Shown: positions 1-14,061 of the stretch, piece after piece | Numbering within the stretch: the first letter of the stretch is position 1 | Layout: every line of letters starts with the position of its first letter | NCBI GenBank assembly: GCA_964016885.1 | Contig: OZ024743.1 | Span: forward strand, 215,326,001 to 215,390,000 | Source of the DNA: Eledone cirrhosa | Lineage: Eukaryota | Direction of reading: 5' to 3' | Length of the DNA stretch: 64,000 bases | Program-made: the position numbers and the translations under genes | Notes under the pieces: model-generated | What the model saw: the letters and a program-made list of their open reading frames with translations, nothing else | What the model was told of the DNA's origin: nothing | Databases searched by the model: none

Positions 1-419
1 CCACTAACACTATAGAGTGGGACGTTCCAAGAAAGGTCTCCAGACGCCGGAAGAAATCAGGCCGCCCTGCTCCTGTCGGGGCATAGAGGGCCACTAGCCT
101 GAGAGCTTGCCCTTCTCCTCTGATCACGTCTAGCACCACCAACTTACCTTCTTGGGGCAGGAAGATCGCCCGTATGGCGAAATCCAAACCTCTCCGAAAA
201 AGCACGGCAACTCCATCCACCCGATCCCGGACGGCTGGGAGATGCGTACACATCGTAGCCGCCTAAGATCGGTGCGAAGGCCCGTGATTCGGAGATTCTG
301 GTCTCGCTGATAGCCACTACATCTATGTTTAGTGATCTGAGGTCGTTGAGCAGGTGGCCCTGCTTCCATGACGACCCCAAGCCACGCGCACTTATGCTGC
401 ATATCCTGAGTGAAGTCAT
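1..419 (-). pseudogene. ORF2 N-terminal apurinic-like endonuclease (frameshifted)
   Basis: LRICSISARGL...DVVAISETR...GGVAVLF...LVALYAP motifs typical of LINE APE domains. Confidence 0.85.
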
Positions 420-453
420 GTTGAAATGGAGTGGAAAAGATGGAAAAGACCAC

Positions 454-2399
454 TTACCTTACTTCTCGTAGAGGAAGGATGGTTTCTCCATCCTTTTCAC
501 TGCTTGTGGCCTCCTCCGGAAGGATGTCCTTATAAATCGTCCTGGAGAGTGTTTGTCGAAAGTCTCCGATGTATTTGGGGTATATTTGTTTTACTGTCGT
601 GTACGTTTTCTGTGTGATGCGAGTGATTTGTATGTGTGGAGGTGGTGTGAACTTTTGGGTTGTTGTGTAGTCTTTTTCTGTGATGCTGGTGTTGTGTTGG
701 ATGTAGTGTAATAATTGGTTGTTGTTCAAATTTAATGCTGTGTAGTGTGTATCGTTTTGGTTGTTTTGTTTTGTTTGCGTTTGTTGAGTGTTTGCTTCTG
801 TTACGCTTTTTGGTGACTTTTGTGGTGTTAGTGATGGTGGTGTTGGGGTTAATGATGGTGATGGTGTTATGTTTGTGGTGATGGGGTTGGTGATGCGGGT
901 GTGGATGGTAGCATATATGTCTTAACTTTCTTGTTCGATAATTTATTTGTTTCCCTCTGTATTTTGTTTATTGAGGGGGAAGGAAGAGATTTTTTTTCTT
1001 TTTTGGTTTCTTTTTTTTTTCTTTTTTCCTGATACCGTTTCCCACTCCTCGTCGTCACAATCTGTCTCCAGTTGCGAAAATCCGGGGAGTGGAAAATCCT
1101 CCACAGGCGTTGGTTTTGATTGTGGCGTGGTGGATGGTGTAGGCGCTGGTGCTAGTTCTGGGGCGTTGGGTGGTGGTGGTGTTGGTTTTGCTACTGTTGC
1201 TGGGGTTGTTGCTGTTACAGTTGCTTCTGTTGTTGCTGCTACAGTTGTTGCTGCTATTTCTGCTGCTGGTGGTGTTAATGATTGAGTCACTGGGGTGGGT
1301 AAGAGAGGTGTCCTCAACCTTTTAGCCTGAGGGCAGAAAGCCCTTAGGTGGGTTCCTTCACCACAAACGACACACCTAGGTCTTCTGCCCTCGACGATTA
1401 CGGTGAAGTGGCTGCCGTCAGTGAGGTCTATTACTTCTGGAATCTCCTCAATGCTTTTATGGTCCGCTTAGATCAGGAGCTACATTCCAGATCCGGACCA
1501 GTTCTCCTGCTTTTCTTTTGCTATTTCTATTATTTTGGTGTTGGCCTCGATGCCGGCGAGGACGGCAGCCATTAGCCAGGGAATTTCGATGGCCGGTGGA
1601 ACGTGGGTCACCCTGAATTTCACAAGTCTCTGGCCACAATAGCTTGGGATGAGTGTGAAGTCCTCACTTGTTAATGGAGTGTTCTCTGGCCTCCTGTGGT
1701 GTTTCAAAGAACACGTCCACGGTTCCATACTTCTGCCCACGTCTGATGTGGGGTTTTTTTGCCCACACATGTCCGAAAGCTTTTTGGATTTGGAACTCAG
1801 ATACCCGTTCCACTCGGCGCGATTTTATGTTTATTGTTCGATAAGACACGGTGCATAGGCGACGTTGCTCCATTTTATTAGGTGTGTGTGTGGGGGGGGG
1901 GGGGGGCTGACCTTGTACCCATCTTTCATTACCATTCCTTTGGCTTCGTCTAATTCTTCCTGAGTTACCTGGATCGCATCGCTCGTTTTTGCTACTCTGG
2001 CAAAACCCAGGGTAGTTTTCTTAATTTCATGGTTGCTGTTGTTATTAACGTTATTTTTGCTATTGTTAATTTTAGTTTCAGTTGTGGTGGTGGTGGCATC
2101 AGTGGTGTTCGGTGTGGAAGAGTTCATTTTGGTTGAATTCATTTCGATATCATGAGTTAATTTATTTTTTTCTTTTGCTTCTGTTGTCGCTGTGGTGGTG
2201 GTGGTGGGGTGGGGGTTGTCGCGGTGGTGGTGGTGGTGGTGGCGGCTTTAACACCTGCAGTCATTGGTAATGACGGGAAATGAACGTCTGCCTGAGATAA
2301 ATTTAGAATATTGCTACTGCTTACAATTCCAGTGTTTACAATGGTGGTGTCGGTGTGAGGTGTTGGATTGTGAGGAAGGAGTTACTCTGAGTAATCCAT
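454..2399 (-). pseudogene. LINE ORF1 nucleic-acid-binding protein with CCHC zinc knuckle, multiple frameshifts
   Basis: ATG at ~2399; CX2CX4HX4C knuckle; Pro/Thr-rich and Lys-rich C-terminal segments; lies directly upstream of the APE ORF. Confidence 0.75.
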
Positions 2400-2614
2400 T
2401 ATTTTTCAAATAAAAATGTTTGTTTGATAATTATAAAAAGTTTAAATTTTGGGCTCAAGGCCTCAATATATTTGAGTGTGCTTTTCAGAAATCAATGTAT
2501 GTGCACTTATATAGAGTTAACAATAAAAATGTTCCATGAATGGCAATTTTAAATAACTGAAACTAACAAACATTTGCGGAGCTCACGATGATTCAATTTA
2601 CTACGTAGGTCGCC

Positions 2615-4072
2615 AATAATAACGATAATAATAATGATTTCTTTATTAAACACAAGGGTTTAAATAAGGTAGACATTAAAGACAGTGCAGGACAGTACAG
2701 GATGGTACAAATGGGCATTTCTGCGTGTAAAAAAACAGAGGATGTAATAAAAAAAATAACAATGAAAAATTCCCCAATAGGGGGGAGACTTCCGAGGGAC
2801 ATTTGTGGAGAAAGCCCATTAAAAAGGCCACAGTGACCCTGACCACCAGGGCAAGTGCCCTCTCCCAGTTTTTCACCTAGGCCTTCTGCCCTCGACGATT
2901 ACGGTGAGGTGGCTGCCGTCAGTGAGGTCTATTACCTCTGGGATCTCCTCAATTCTTTTTTGGTCCGCTTGGATCAAGAGCTCCATCCCAGATCCGGACC
3001 AGTTCTCCTGCTTGTCTTTCGTTATTTCGATTATCTTGGTGTTGGCTTCGATGCCAGCGCGGACGGCAGCTATTAGCCAGGGAATTTCGATGGCCGGTGG
3101 AACGTGGGGCACCCTGATCTTCACGAGTCTCTGGCCACAATATCTTGGGACGAGTGTGAAGTTGTCACTTCTTAATGGGGCCATGGAGTGTTCTCTGGCC
3201 TCCTGTGGTGTTTCAAAGCACACGCCTGATGTGGGTTTTTTAGCCCACACATGTCCTAAAGCTTTTTGGATTTGGGACTCGGATGCCCGTTCCACTCGGC
3301 GCGATTCTATGTTAATCGTCCGATAAGACACGGTGCATAGGCGCCGATGCTCCATTTTATTAGGTGGGGTGGATGAGGCTGACCCTGTACCCATCTATCT
3401 TTACCATTTCTTTGGCTTCTTCAAATTCTTCCTGATTTACCTGGAATGCTTCGCAATGTTTTGCTACTCTGGCAAGACTCAGGATGGTTTTCTTAATTTC
3501 ATTGTTGTTGTTGTTGTTATCGTTATCTTTGTTATTGTTAATTTTTGTTTCAGTTGTTGTGGTGGTGGCGTCAGTGGTGTTCGGTGTGGAAGAGTTCATT
3601 TTGGTTGAATTCATTTCCATATCACGAGTTAATTTATTTTTTTCTTTTGTTTCTGTTGTCGCTGTGGTGGTGGTGGGGGTGGTGGCTTTAACACCTGCAG
3701 TCATTGGTAATAGCGGGAAATGAATGTCTGCATGAGACAAATAAAAAATATTGGTACTGCTTATATTTTTTATGTTGGCAAACGTAGTAATATTTACAAT
3801 GGTGGTGTCGGTGTGAGGTGTTAGTTTGTGAGGAAGCTGTGACTGTGAGTCAGCCATGATTTTTTTCAAATACATTTGTGTTTGATAATTATAAAAGTTT
3901 AAATTTTGGGCTCAAGGTCCCAATCTTTTTGATTGTCCTTTTCAGAAAACAATGTATGTGCACTTATATACAGTTAACAATAAAAATGTTACCATAAATG
4001 GCAATTTTACACAATTGAAAGCAACAAACCTTTGCGGAGCTCACGATGATACGATTTACTACGTAGGTCGCC
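2615..4072 (-). mobile_element. Internally deleted second Tx1 copy: 5'UTR and ORF1 N-half fused to a 3'UTR with AATAAA and (ATT)n tail
   Basis: 2875-4072 aligns with 1375-2614; 2615-2874 read on minus ends ...tttAATAAAgaaatcattattattatcg. Confidence 0.8.
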
Positions 4073-4099
4073 AATAATAATAATAATAATAATAATTAG

Positions 4100-6540
4100 A
4101 CGAAACGAGAGGAGATTCAGACAGATGAGACAGAACCGCATGTTTGACAACAAACTAAGACATTCTGGAGAGGAATATGGGAGCAGGATGTTAAACATAA
4201 TGACCAGGCACTGTGGATTGAGTCAGTAGAAAAGGAGATTAGTGGACAGGCACACCAACAAACTGATTTGAGTATCACAGTTGAAACTCTTAAGGGGCAG
4301 GCCAATAAATAACCAACTGGAAATCACCAAGCCCAGATTGTGTGCAGGGGTATTGGATTAAACATATAACATCCCTTCACCCGAAACTGACAACCATGTT
4401 CAATGACTGCTTGATGTCAGGTGAGGTACCAGAGTGGTTGACAAAAGGTACCACAGTTCTGGTAATGAAAGACCAAATCAAGGGTAATGATGTTACCAAC
4501 TATAGACCTATCACATGTCTGTCCGTAATGTGGAAACTGTTGACAAACATTGTGTCTGAGGAAATCTACCATCACCTCCACAAAAACAACTTGTTACCGG
4601 ACGAACAGAAAGGATGCCGAAAGAAGTCCCCTGGTACAAAGGACCAGCTACTTATTGATAAGATGGTAATGAGGAATTACCAGAGGAGACACACTGGCCT
4701 TGCCATGGGATGGATAGACTACAAAAAGGCATTTGACATGGTGACTCATTCTTGGATCACCAAAAGCCTAGAGTTCTTCAAGGTGGCAGATAACATCAGA
4801 CAGTTGTTGGAGAAAAGTATGAAGTCCTGGAAAACAGAGTTACCATCAGCTGGAGAATCCTTGGGAGGCGTGAAGATCAAGAGAGGTATCTTCCAGAGAG
4901 ATAGTCTGTCCCCTCTGTTGTCTGTCCTTGCCCTGATGGCCCTGACCATTATACTGCGAAAAGTGAGAGCAGGATACAAATTGGGAAAGGGAGAGCTTAC
5001 CAACAATCTCCTCCTCTTCACGGAGATCTTAAGCTCTTCGGGAAGAGTGAGAAGGAGTTGGATGTGCTTGTTGACACTGTCCGTATTTTGAGAAATGATA
5101 TATGTATGCAATTTGGTATTAGTAAGTGTGGAGTCCTTGTGATGAAGAGGAGTAAATTGAGCAGAAGCAACGGAATCCAGGTGAGATGACAAAGCAAATT
5201 GACACTGAAGACGGATACAAGTATTTGGGTGTTCTGGAGGTTGATGACATCAAGAACAAAAAAATAAAGGAATTGATAAGATCTGAATACATTCGGAGAG
5301 TAAAGAGCGTATTAAAGTCACATCTGAACAGTAGGGATGCAATAAGTGCAGTAAATTCCCGAGCTGTGTCTATTATTAGGTACAGTGCGGGAATTCTGAG
5401 ATGGAATGTTGCTGAACAAAAAGAAATGGATATCAAGACGCGGAAGGTTTTGACTATCTACAACATGTTCCACAGGTGGAGTGATGTCGATAGACTTTAC
5501 TTAAGGAGATCTGAAGGTGGAAGAGGTCTTATCAGCATTGAGGACTGTGTTCAAATGGAGAAAAACAACCTACACAAATACGTGACTGATAGTAAGGTGC
5601 CAATGCTCATAATTGTACTGAAGGAGAGGTCAATAGACCAGGGGATATCCAAGGAGGAAATAACAAGAAGAAAGAGCAGCCTTCATGAAAAAATCCCTTC
5701 ATAGTACCTTCTTTGAGAAAACTGAATTCAGAAATCCACAGACATGGAACTGGTTGAAAAGAAGAGACCTTAAAAAGGCTGCAGAAGGAATGCTAATGGC
5801 TGCGCAAGAGCAGGCCCTCAAAACGAAGTGGTTGAAACACCATATTTACAAGGAGGAGGCTAGCCCACTGTGCAGGATCTGTGGAGAGAGAGAGGATACT
5901 GTGGCTCACATTGTGTCCGAGTGTAAACACCTAGCCCAGACTCACTATAAAGGCTGGAGACATGATGTGATGGGCAGGGTGATCCACTGGCACCTATTCA
6001 AAGTAAACAATCTACCACATTCTGAGAAGTGGTATGAACATAAGCCAGAGTCGGTGATAGAAAACGATCAGGTGAAGGTGTTGTTGGATTTTAGGATACA
6101 GACGGACAAGAAACTGGAACACAATAGACCTGACCTTGTGGTTTTGGATAAGGAAAAAGATCGTACCTGATTGTGGATGTGGACTGCCCATTCGACCCGA
6201 GAGTGCAAGAGAAGTAGAGGGAGAGAATTAACCGATACCAGGACTTAAATTGGGAGGTAAAAAGGATTTGGAACTGCCATGAATTCAAAGTGGTCCCGAT
6301 TGTCATAGGCGCACTAGGTATTACCTCAAAAAGTTTCCAGGGATGGTTAAAGAAAATTGGCCCCGCACCGCTTTTTGGAACGCTTCAAAAGGCATGTCCT
6401 GAATATCTGAGGCTGCAGGTAGTGGCTTGATATTCATTTCAACAATCTTTCCAGTTAACTAACATCAATGACTGAGACTCAAAGAAAAATAATAATAATA
6501 ATAATAATAATATTAATAATAATAATAAAAAAATAATAAA
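4100..6540 (+). mobile_element. R4/Dong-clade RLE non-LTR retrotransposon, 5'-truncated, degenerate
   Basis: RT fragments 4342..5091 and 5186..5704 (NYRPITCL, WIDYKKAFD, GIFQ.DSLSP); CCHC and RHD, PD-LV RLE motifs in 5685..6170; (TAA)n at both ends; highly similar to 53890-56350. Confidence 0.92.
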
Positions 6541-7107
6541 CATAGCGTGAGAGCCCGTGCATAATATCTAGGCGGATGTATCTGTCACATACTCTCTCCT
6601 CAGTTATGAGTTCAAAATTGATGTTAGTGTTTTGTCATTTGGAGAACAACATTAACCAGATGACTTCGAATAATCATCATCACAATCTTCATGATCGATC
6701 TCCCATAACTAAAACAACCGAGAAACACAATATAATGTCGTTGGTTTAAAGGCCAGAAACACGTGTTTGTGAAAACTGTAAGATGGTGTATTAGGCATTA
6801 TACCACATCTTCCTATGAACTCTCTACAATTGAACAATCAATGAAATTCTCACGATGCTAATATGTTTGCTTTAGGAATTTATACTCTTGCTTAGAAACA
6901 TGTCATAATCTGCCTATCCTGAAACATAGCTTAGACGTTACCACTCTAAATGCAAATGAAAATTAACCCATATTTACTTTCTGACATATAACGGCCAACT
7001 ACGAATTCAAAACCAACGGTCCTATATTATCTAGCATGTCAACCATCCATATAATTGACATATACACTCTGTTTTGTATAAACTGCGGATTCTACTTAAT
7101 CGCCATT

Positions 7108-7361
7108 TAATGCACTGGGATAATTGCTGGCCTTGTGCCAAGCGTAGAAACAATTATTTAAATAGCGGTGAATTGGCAGTATCGGTAGAGTGTTGGACGT
7201 CATGCTTAATAGCATAGTTACGTCCCTTTATGGTCTGAGTTCAAATGCCGTCGAGGTTAACTTTACCTTTCATCCTTACGGGGTTGATAAAATAAAGTAC
7301 CAGTAATATACTGGGTAATTTCTGGCCTTGTGCCTAAAGTAGAAACAATTATTTAAATAGC
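7108..7361 (+). mobile_element. tRNA-derived SINE (7165-7350) preceded by a 3' fragment of the same family
   Basis: A-box-like tggcagtatcgg, B-box gagttcaaatgcc; shared tail gataaaataaagtaccagt...ggccttgtgcc.aaagtagaaacaatt; TSD attatttaaatagc. Confidence 0.8.
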
Positions 7362-8460
7362 ATTATATAAATATATTTTAAATATTGTAAGGCAAGAAAC
7401 AGGATTCACAATATATGAAACCACGGAGCTCGAGATAAATTGGCTAATTTTATTAATATACATTTTCTAATGGCTAGGATATGTGTCGTAGTTACTGACA
7501 CTGTTATTACCAGTAGGTAATGCTATAAGTGCATGTAAGATGTTATCTGGTATGCGGTGCATAATGGACTGAGGAGCTATTTGTCTTCCGGGTTTTCTAG
7601 TGGAATGCAATAATGATATTCTCTACCTGGAGTGTATTGAATAGATTGAACACGAGGCAAGGACAACTTTCCTGTTTTCACATTTTTAATTCCCGTGGAC
7701 TATGGAAATTTGGGTTGTTCGAGCTCATGATTAGGCCACACTAGTGTATTTTTCACCATAACCTAAACATAATATGAACCCATAAATCTACAGAAGAATA
7801 GGTTTCTTAAACAGTTACTTTCATTTGTAAGTAATTGTTTACTTATTAAATGACTACCTACGTTATAATTATAACCATTTACTTTTATATCTCTTTATAA
7901 CTTTCTTTACTTTTTATTGTTTTATTTATCCATTATATCTATTTTTACGATTATTTACCGCTGGTTTCATTTATTTATAATCCTTATAATCACAAGAAGA
8001 TCCCATTTTAGGTCATTTACCGTGTCAATAACATTGTTTACGGTCAGGGATTTTCACAGCTATAACACATTATGGCGTTCCCCTGTTAAATATAAAGGAT
8101 CACTATGAGACCACATTGCATAGTATTGTCGAATGTGAAGTATACGGAGCTAATCTATCACTGAAGACGCAATGACAGATGGACTACATCCGTATACATT
8201 TTTTATTTATATTTTGCAGTAATCCAGTAATTGTTTACATAAACATTAACTCATTTAGGTTAATTACACCTGATGATGTTGTCATTTTTTTACGACAACA
8301 TTTGATGACGTGGACCAGTTGGCTACAGACATACATATCGTAATTTTGCAAAACTAAAAGAATATTTATTTGAAAAGCCAAAAAATCAGAACAAAATATA
8401 TATATATTTTTTTGTTTTTTTTTGCAAAACTAAAGGAAAAAAAAGACAATATATATATAA

Positions 8461-8596
<136 letters not shown>

Positions 8597-9124
8597 TGCA
8601 TTGTGTATATATTTATATATAATATGTTAACCTTAAGCCAAAATCTGAATTTGCGGAGGATATGAGCTTTGCAGGTGCATATGTTTATTGAGAGGTGAAT
8701 GTCCTGAAAGTGAATGTTTTACCAGCAGATTATTAAAATAAATCAGTGTATTCTGATTCCTGTAGAAATCCTTACGGACAGTAATCAAATTGATTATATT
8801 GATTAAACACACACACACACTCACACACACACACATATATATATATATATGGTGGGTACATGTGTGTGTGTTAAGAATGTTAGAAAAAATCATGCAAATA
8901 TCAGAAATTGAATTTGAAGTATTGATTTGTAATAATTTATATAAAATATCGTGAAGGGCAATTCAAGTTATATTTGACATCATGATTAACATTTGAGTGC
9001 TTGTTGAATAATAAGCACGCAAATACACAAGCGTGGAATCACAAACACACACATACACACTCAAACACAAACACACACATACATACACACACCCATACGC
9101 ACACACGCGCACACATCAACACCA

Positions 9125-9948
9125 TATATATATGTATATATATAACATTAAGTATGTGTGTGTGTGTGCGTGTCTGTGTGTCTGTGTATTACCTATAGGG
9201 GCCTACATCTTACGACCGATTTTCCTGAAACTTTGCAGGCTCATAGATTAGTCATCGGGGAGTGTTTTCTATATATCAGCGTATCGTTTCTTTTATTCCG
9301 GGGTCATTCTGCAGATAAAAATCAATAGGGGCGTCACCTCTTTTTAGGTTTCGAAAAATAAGATTTCTGGCTCTAGCTCCCACATTTTGCCACCGATTTC
9401 GTTCAAATTTTAAAGTAAAATAGAATTTATCATTGGCCATCCTGTAATACTTTACATTTAGCATTTGTTCTTCAGGTACGGCGTGGCAGACGCTTAAATA
9501 TTCAAAAATACCACTTTTAGACTCAAATTTCCACTTTTTCGGCTCTAGCTCCCACATTAATCAACCTACCTTTTCAAATTTTACAGTACGCTAGATCTGA
9601 TTATTTCACGTCTTAAAGTGGCTTTACGTTTTGGATTTTTTGTTCAGGAACGGCGTGGCAGCCGCTTAAATATTCGAAAATACCACCTTTTCGCTCATAT
9701 TTCAGTCTTTTCGGTTCTAGCTCCCATATTTTTCAACCGATTTCGTTCAAATTCGAAACTCCCTCCCCCAGCATGCCCCTTCGTCAGTCACCAGCGTTTC
9801 TGAGTGATAGAGGTCATCACCACCCTTCCCGCATGGCCTATGTTGGACCATAGATGAGTCACCGAGAAGCAGTCGCTAAGATCAACACCTTTTCATCAAA
9901 GCAGATATTATTTTACCTACCCAGGCAACGCTGGGTACTGCTGCTAGT
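9125..9948 (+). mobile_element. Non-autonomous Helitron-like element
   Basis: 3' end has hairpin acccag-gcaacg-ctgggt (9919-9936) followed after 7 nt by CTAG|T; internal diverged direct repeats (ctctagctcccacat, ggcgtggcag..gcttaaatattc); 5' boundary uncertain. Confidence 0.7.
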
Positions 9949-10629
9949 ATATATATATATATATAGCGTGTATACATGTATGTGGTTGTTTCAACTTACG
10001 CATGCGTATATTTTTTCTACATGAACTCAGATTTTAGTTATGATATCAAATGTATCTAGAATTTATCTTAACTACATTCTTTTTATAAATTGTTGCTAAT
10101 CAATATTTTAAATTGACTTTCTTTTATTTACATGACATTTTCTGATGCTCCGTAACAGAAAACTGTTTATCTAGTGTTGCCAGTAAATGATGTACATTGG
10201 TATGATTTATTATAAGCATACTTCTAATGTTTTAACAATACGTTTCTTATAATTTACGACGATGCCATTCTTATCAAATGTTGTTTTAAAAATTAATATC
10301 GATGGTACGAAGTGGTGCTGAAAAAATAGGAAAATTGTTGTAGGCTACTGCCATATGTTACGAAATATTTTGCCGGCAAAGAATTCATGTATGCACAATA
10401 TCTAGTGTTATATTATAAACATTATCATTTCGTCTAATGTATAATATAATGACAACCTTTCACATTGCATGCAATTATTAGAAATGACATGAAATAATCA
10501 TACCAATTCATAGTACAATGAACCCTGTTCTAGCCTCTGAGTATGGACCATTACTGAACAGCAGGTGAAGAGTTTATGCATTACATAATATATTGAATTA
10601 GTTTGTTTATTATTATATACGTTACACAA

Positions 10630-10812
10630 GGGTGGAGCATTGCTAGTATTGATAGAGCGTCGAATAACACGCATTGCATCATATAGTTACAGGCCTTTAC
10701 GCTCCGAGGTCAAATTCTATCGATGTTAGCTTACGTCATCTATGAAATAATGTACTCGTAACGAATTGCGTTCGATATAATCGACTTTCCCTTCCGTTTA
10801 AATCGTAGGCTC
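10630..10812 (+). mobile_element. Old diverged SINE related to the 7165 family
   Basis: similar head (gatagagcgtcgaa...ctttacgctccgaggtcaaatt) and body (gatataatcgact...ccc). Confidence 0.5.
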
Positions 10813-11835
10813 TTAGCCGTTTCTTTATATTCCGCGTAAATCCCGCCTACGCCACCTGGGGATACCATCGTTCCGAGATCAAGTAAAGTACTTGCTTGAT
10901 ATATTCGAATTTCCACTTCACCTTAATAGGTATATTTATATATATAATGAAAGAGAGAGAGCGAGAGGGGGTGGGGTGATACGTTTTTGTATATATATAT
11001 ATGTGTGTGCGAGGGTAGTTATTAATTCTATCTGTGTTGTTATTAATGGATATATATAATTAGGAAATACAAGAAAAAAAAACCATTTACCAGTTTATAT
11101 GTGATAATAAATGCAAGAATTTAAGTGTTCACAGGAATATGAGTGTTTATATGCACATATGTATTATACACCACCAGTAATCTTGAATAAGTATATTGCA
11201 TTTGCATAGATTATATAGGGTAAATGAGTAAATGCCTAACACGTTCAATGGTAATCCGGATGAATTGTGACCTTTTTATGGAAATAAGAATAAAGTCCAT
11301 TAGGTGACAGCCATTTACAGCTTCCTATATAATTTTGACGGTTACTGTGAAATATTACGGAATATTCATTCATTGAATTTCAAAAGGATTATTTCAATCG
11401 TAACAAAAGTTTATTTCCTGCTGTCAGCACCTTTTCTCAAAATAACCACGTATGAAATGTAAGGTTTTAAGACTGATATACAGTCGGCGTAAATATGAAG
11501 AAGCTGGCAAGATGTGTTTCTTAACATACAATTCAAATGATACTCCAATGCTTTCAAAATAGCATATGTTACAATTAAAGAAATCTTGACAACCGGAGGA
11601 TACTTATAATCTTACTATATTACCCTTCTACGGTTAGGCACGCAAACAATCATTCACGCGAACACACATATTACAAACACTCCAAACACATATATACACA
11701 TTAAGGTATAGAATACATGTGTATTTGTCTCTCTGTGCGAACATATATGGATGCATATACAATTGTGTTATCACACAAGCACACATATCCATATGTATAT
11801 ATGCGTATGCATGTATATACGATTATGCATCTTTG

Positions 11836-11867
<32 letters not shown>

Positions 11868-12174
11868 TTAATATAGTAATGGCTTTTAGAGGACTAGTGA
11901 TATTTTATTGAGAAGATTTCATCTGGAAATGTATTGAGTACCTTACTAACTGTTGTTAACTTCGATATGGAGAAGCCACTTCGTAACCCTGACTCTGAGC
12001 TTTCTCCACATATGACCCTATGAAGTAACCATGTTAAAGAATTTACATTCTGTTTGTTTATATTTCATTATATTCTCTCTTTCTTACAAATCTGAGCACG
12101 AGAGGAAACAGAATATGTTTATTTAGAATAAGTGCTTTTATTAACGGTAAGACATGTCAGAACAAATCTGACTG

Positions 12175-12619
12175 TCAACTATATTTTTTCAATATGTTAT
12201 TGCTATTACGACTATCAACAATTATTAGTATCCAACTCTGGAATTGATCTCTGACTGGATTGTAAACAATAGATAACAATATGTTCATCGTATCAAGTTA
12301 ATTTGCTGTAGCCATTTACGTCCAATTGTTTAGTTTCCAAAAGTAAATTAGCCTGGTTATGCGAATATTATTTAGTGTTATCAACTATTATTCTTTATCA
12401 GAGTGATAGTTGATAACTCTAAATAATATTCGCATAACCAGGCTAATTTACTTTTGGAAACTAAACAATTGGACGTAAATGGCTACAGCAAATTAACTTG
12501 ATACGATGAACATATTGTTATCTATTGTTTACAATCCAGTCAGAGATCAATTCCAGAGTTGGATACTAATAATTGTTGATAGTCGTAATAGCAATAACAT
12601 ATTGAAAAAATATAGTTGA
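12175..12619. repeat. ~213-bp near-perfect inverted repeat with ~17-bp spacer
   Basis: 12175-12388 is the reverse complement of 12406-12619 with about one mismatch. Confidence 0.97.
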
Positions 12620-12700
12620 TAAAATAAAGTACCAGTAATACACTGATAATTGCTGGCCTTGTGCCAAAAGTAGAAACAATTATTCTTTATCAGAGTGATA
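12615..12700 (+). mobile_element. 5'-truncated SINE tail with 22-bp TSD
   Basis: gttgataaaataaagtaccagt...gtagaaaca; TSD attattctttatcagagtgata at 12387-12408 and 12679-12700. Confidence 0.9.
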
Positions 12701-14061
12701 TAGGCTTATCACTAAAGATAAGTTGCTAATTTTAGTGTTTCCTAGATATTTCGTATATTAAGCAAATGTTTGGCCATTAAGTTCAAAGATTAAAGTTTCA
12801 AAAATACATTAATTAGCTGCCAGTTGTGCGTTAGTGAGAGAGGTAATCACGATCGACTGACATACGGCAGATGCTGGATTTGAATTATTCGTACCTTTAT
12901 ATAAGACATCTTTTGTTCTAGATTATTCTGCTATTATTTATAGATAATTACATTCTGCTATTTTGTAAATGAGTTAATGTATTGTCAAATTCCGAATTTT
13001 CGCAAATGTTTCTTGAATGTTATATACACATGTATATAAACAATGTGTGCTTTGCATATATAAACATGGATATATGACGAGTTGTGATACAGTGTCGAGA
13101 AATGGCTATCCTAATCGCATCTTAACCTGATCGATATCGAAGTATGTTAATTAACTAAATAAATTGTATACTTGATGCAAGCTTCAAATTGTTCCTGCTG
13201 CGTTAGGTCTTAGATATACGGAAGTATATAACTTACACGTAACATACACACATACATGTACACATACACACATACATATACATATATGTATGTATATTTA
13301 TACATATATATAGCTTTTTTGTGTAACCATATATGTACTTTTCTGAAGAAATCTATGCTTCAGTTACTCTTGAAATCAGGAACAGTTATGATGCGAGTAA
13401 TTCCTTTCGCAGTACAAAATAACCAATTATCAGATTGTTGCTTATAATTGGCGATGTTATTAGAGTTCACAAGATCTTTATTGAAATAGTTATATTTCAA
13501 AGTATTTATTCTCGTTATGTTTCATCAATCCTTTGCTTCACTGATTTTAAGATAGAATATATAGCATGTTTCAATGCACAAGTATTGTCTTGTATCTTCC
13601 TTAAATACTTCATTGTATTTTGTTTTATATATTTTCAAGTAACAAGTCAATCTTTTCTTTCAAGTTAGCACTAGATTGGAAACGAAAATTTCATATTTTC
13701 ATATCTTATTTTCTATATTTTTCTGTTTTATTTTAATAATTTTCTCTTTAATAAATTATCAGATTTATTATTCCTGATTTAGATCTTGACTTTCTTCTCT
13801 ACTTTCCATTTCTACCCACCAACAAATATTCTAAAGGAATTCATAGTTCTTAGTTATTTATGTGGATGTTATTTTTTCTGTGACCTCGAGATTACCTATC
13901 GTTTTTGTCGGTATTATCAATAATATTATTCTTCATGTAACAGGTTTTGTTTATGTTGGTGTCATATATTTTTTATTGCTTTCATTGCTGTTATAGTTAT
14001 TACATGAACGACGAAAATAATAATAATGATAATGAAAAAATAGTATTGTAATTATTATTAT

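Larger units (their letters stand above)
1..2614 (-). mobile_element. Tx1/L1-clade LINE, 5' part (5'UTR, broken ORF1, start of ORF2); runs off the window start
   Basis: ORF1 fragments 1831..2142, 1480..1770, 943..1317 with a gag-type knuckle CVVCGEGTHLRAFC near 1330-1375; APE endonuclease start in 144..419; 5' end abuts an (AAT)n tract. Confidence 0.85.

Noticed and set aside
7165-7260. tRNA gene
   Set aside because: A/B boxes belong to a SINE head; no cloverleaf
8265-8330. CTGATGA followed by a hairpin (also at 28300 on minus and 50443)
   Set aside because: No properly placed GAAA/NUH half, so not called as hammerheads
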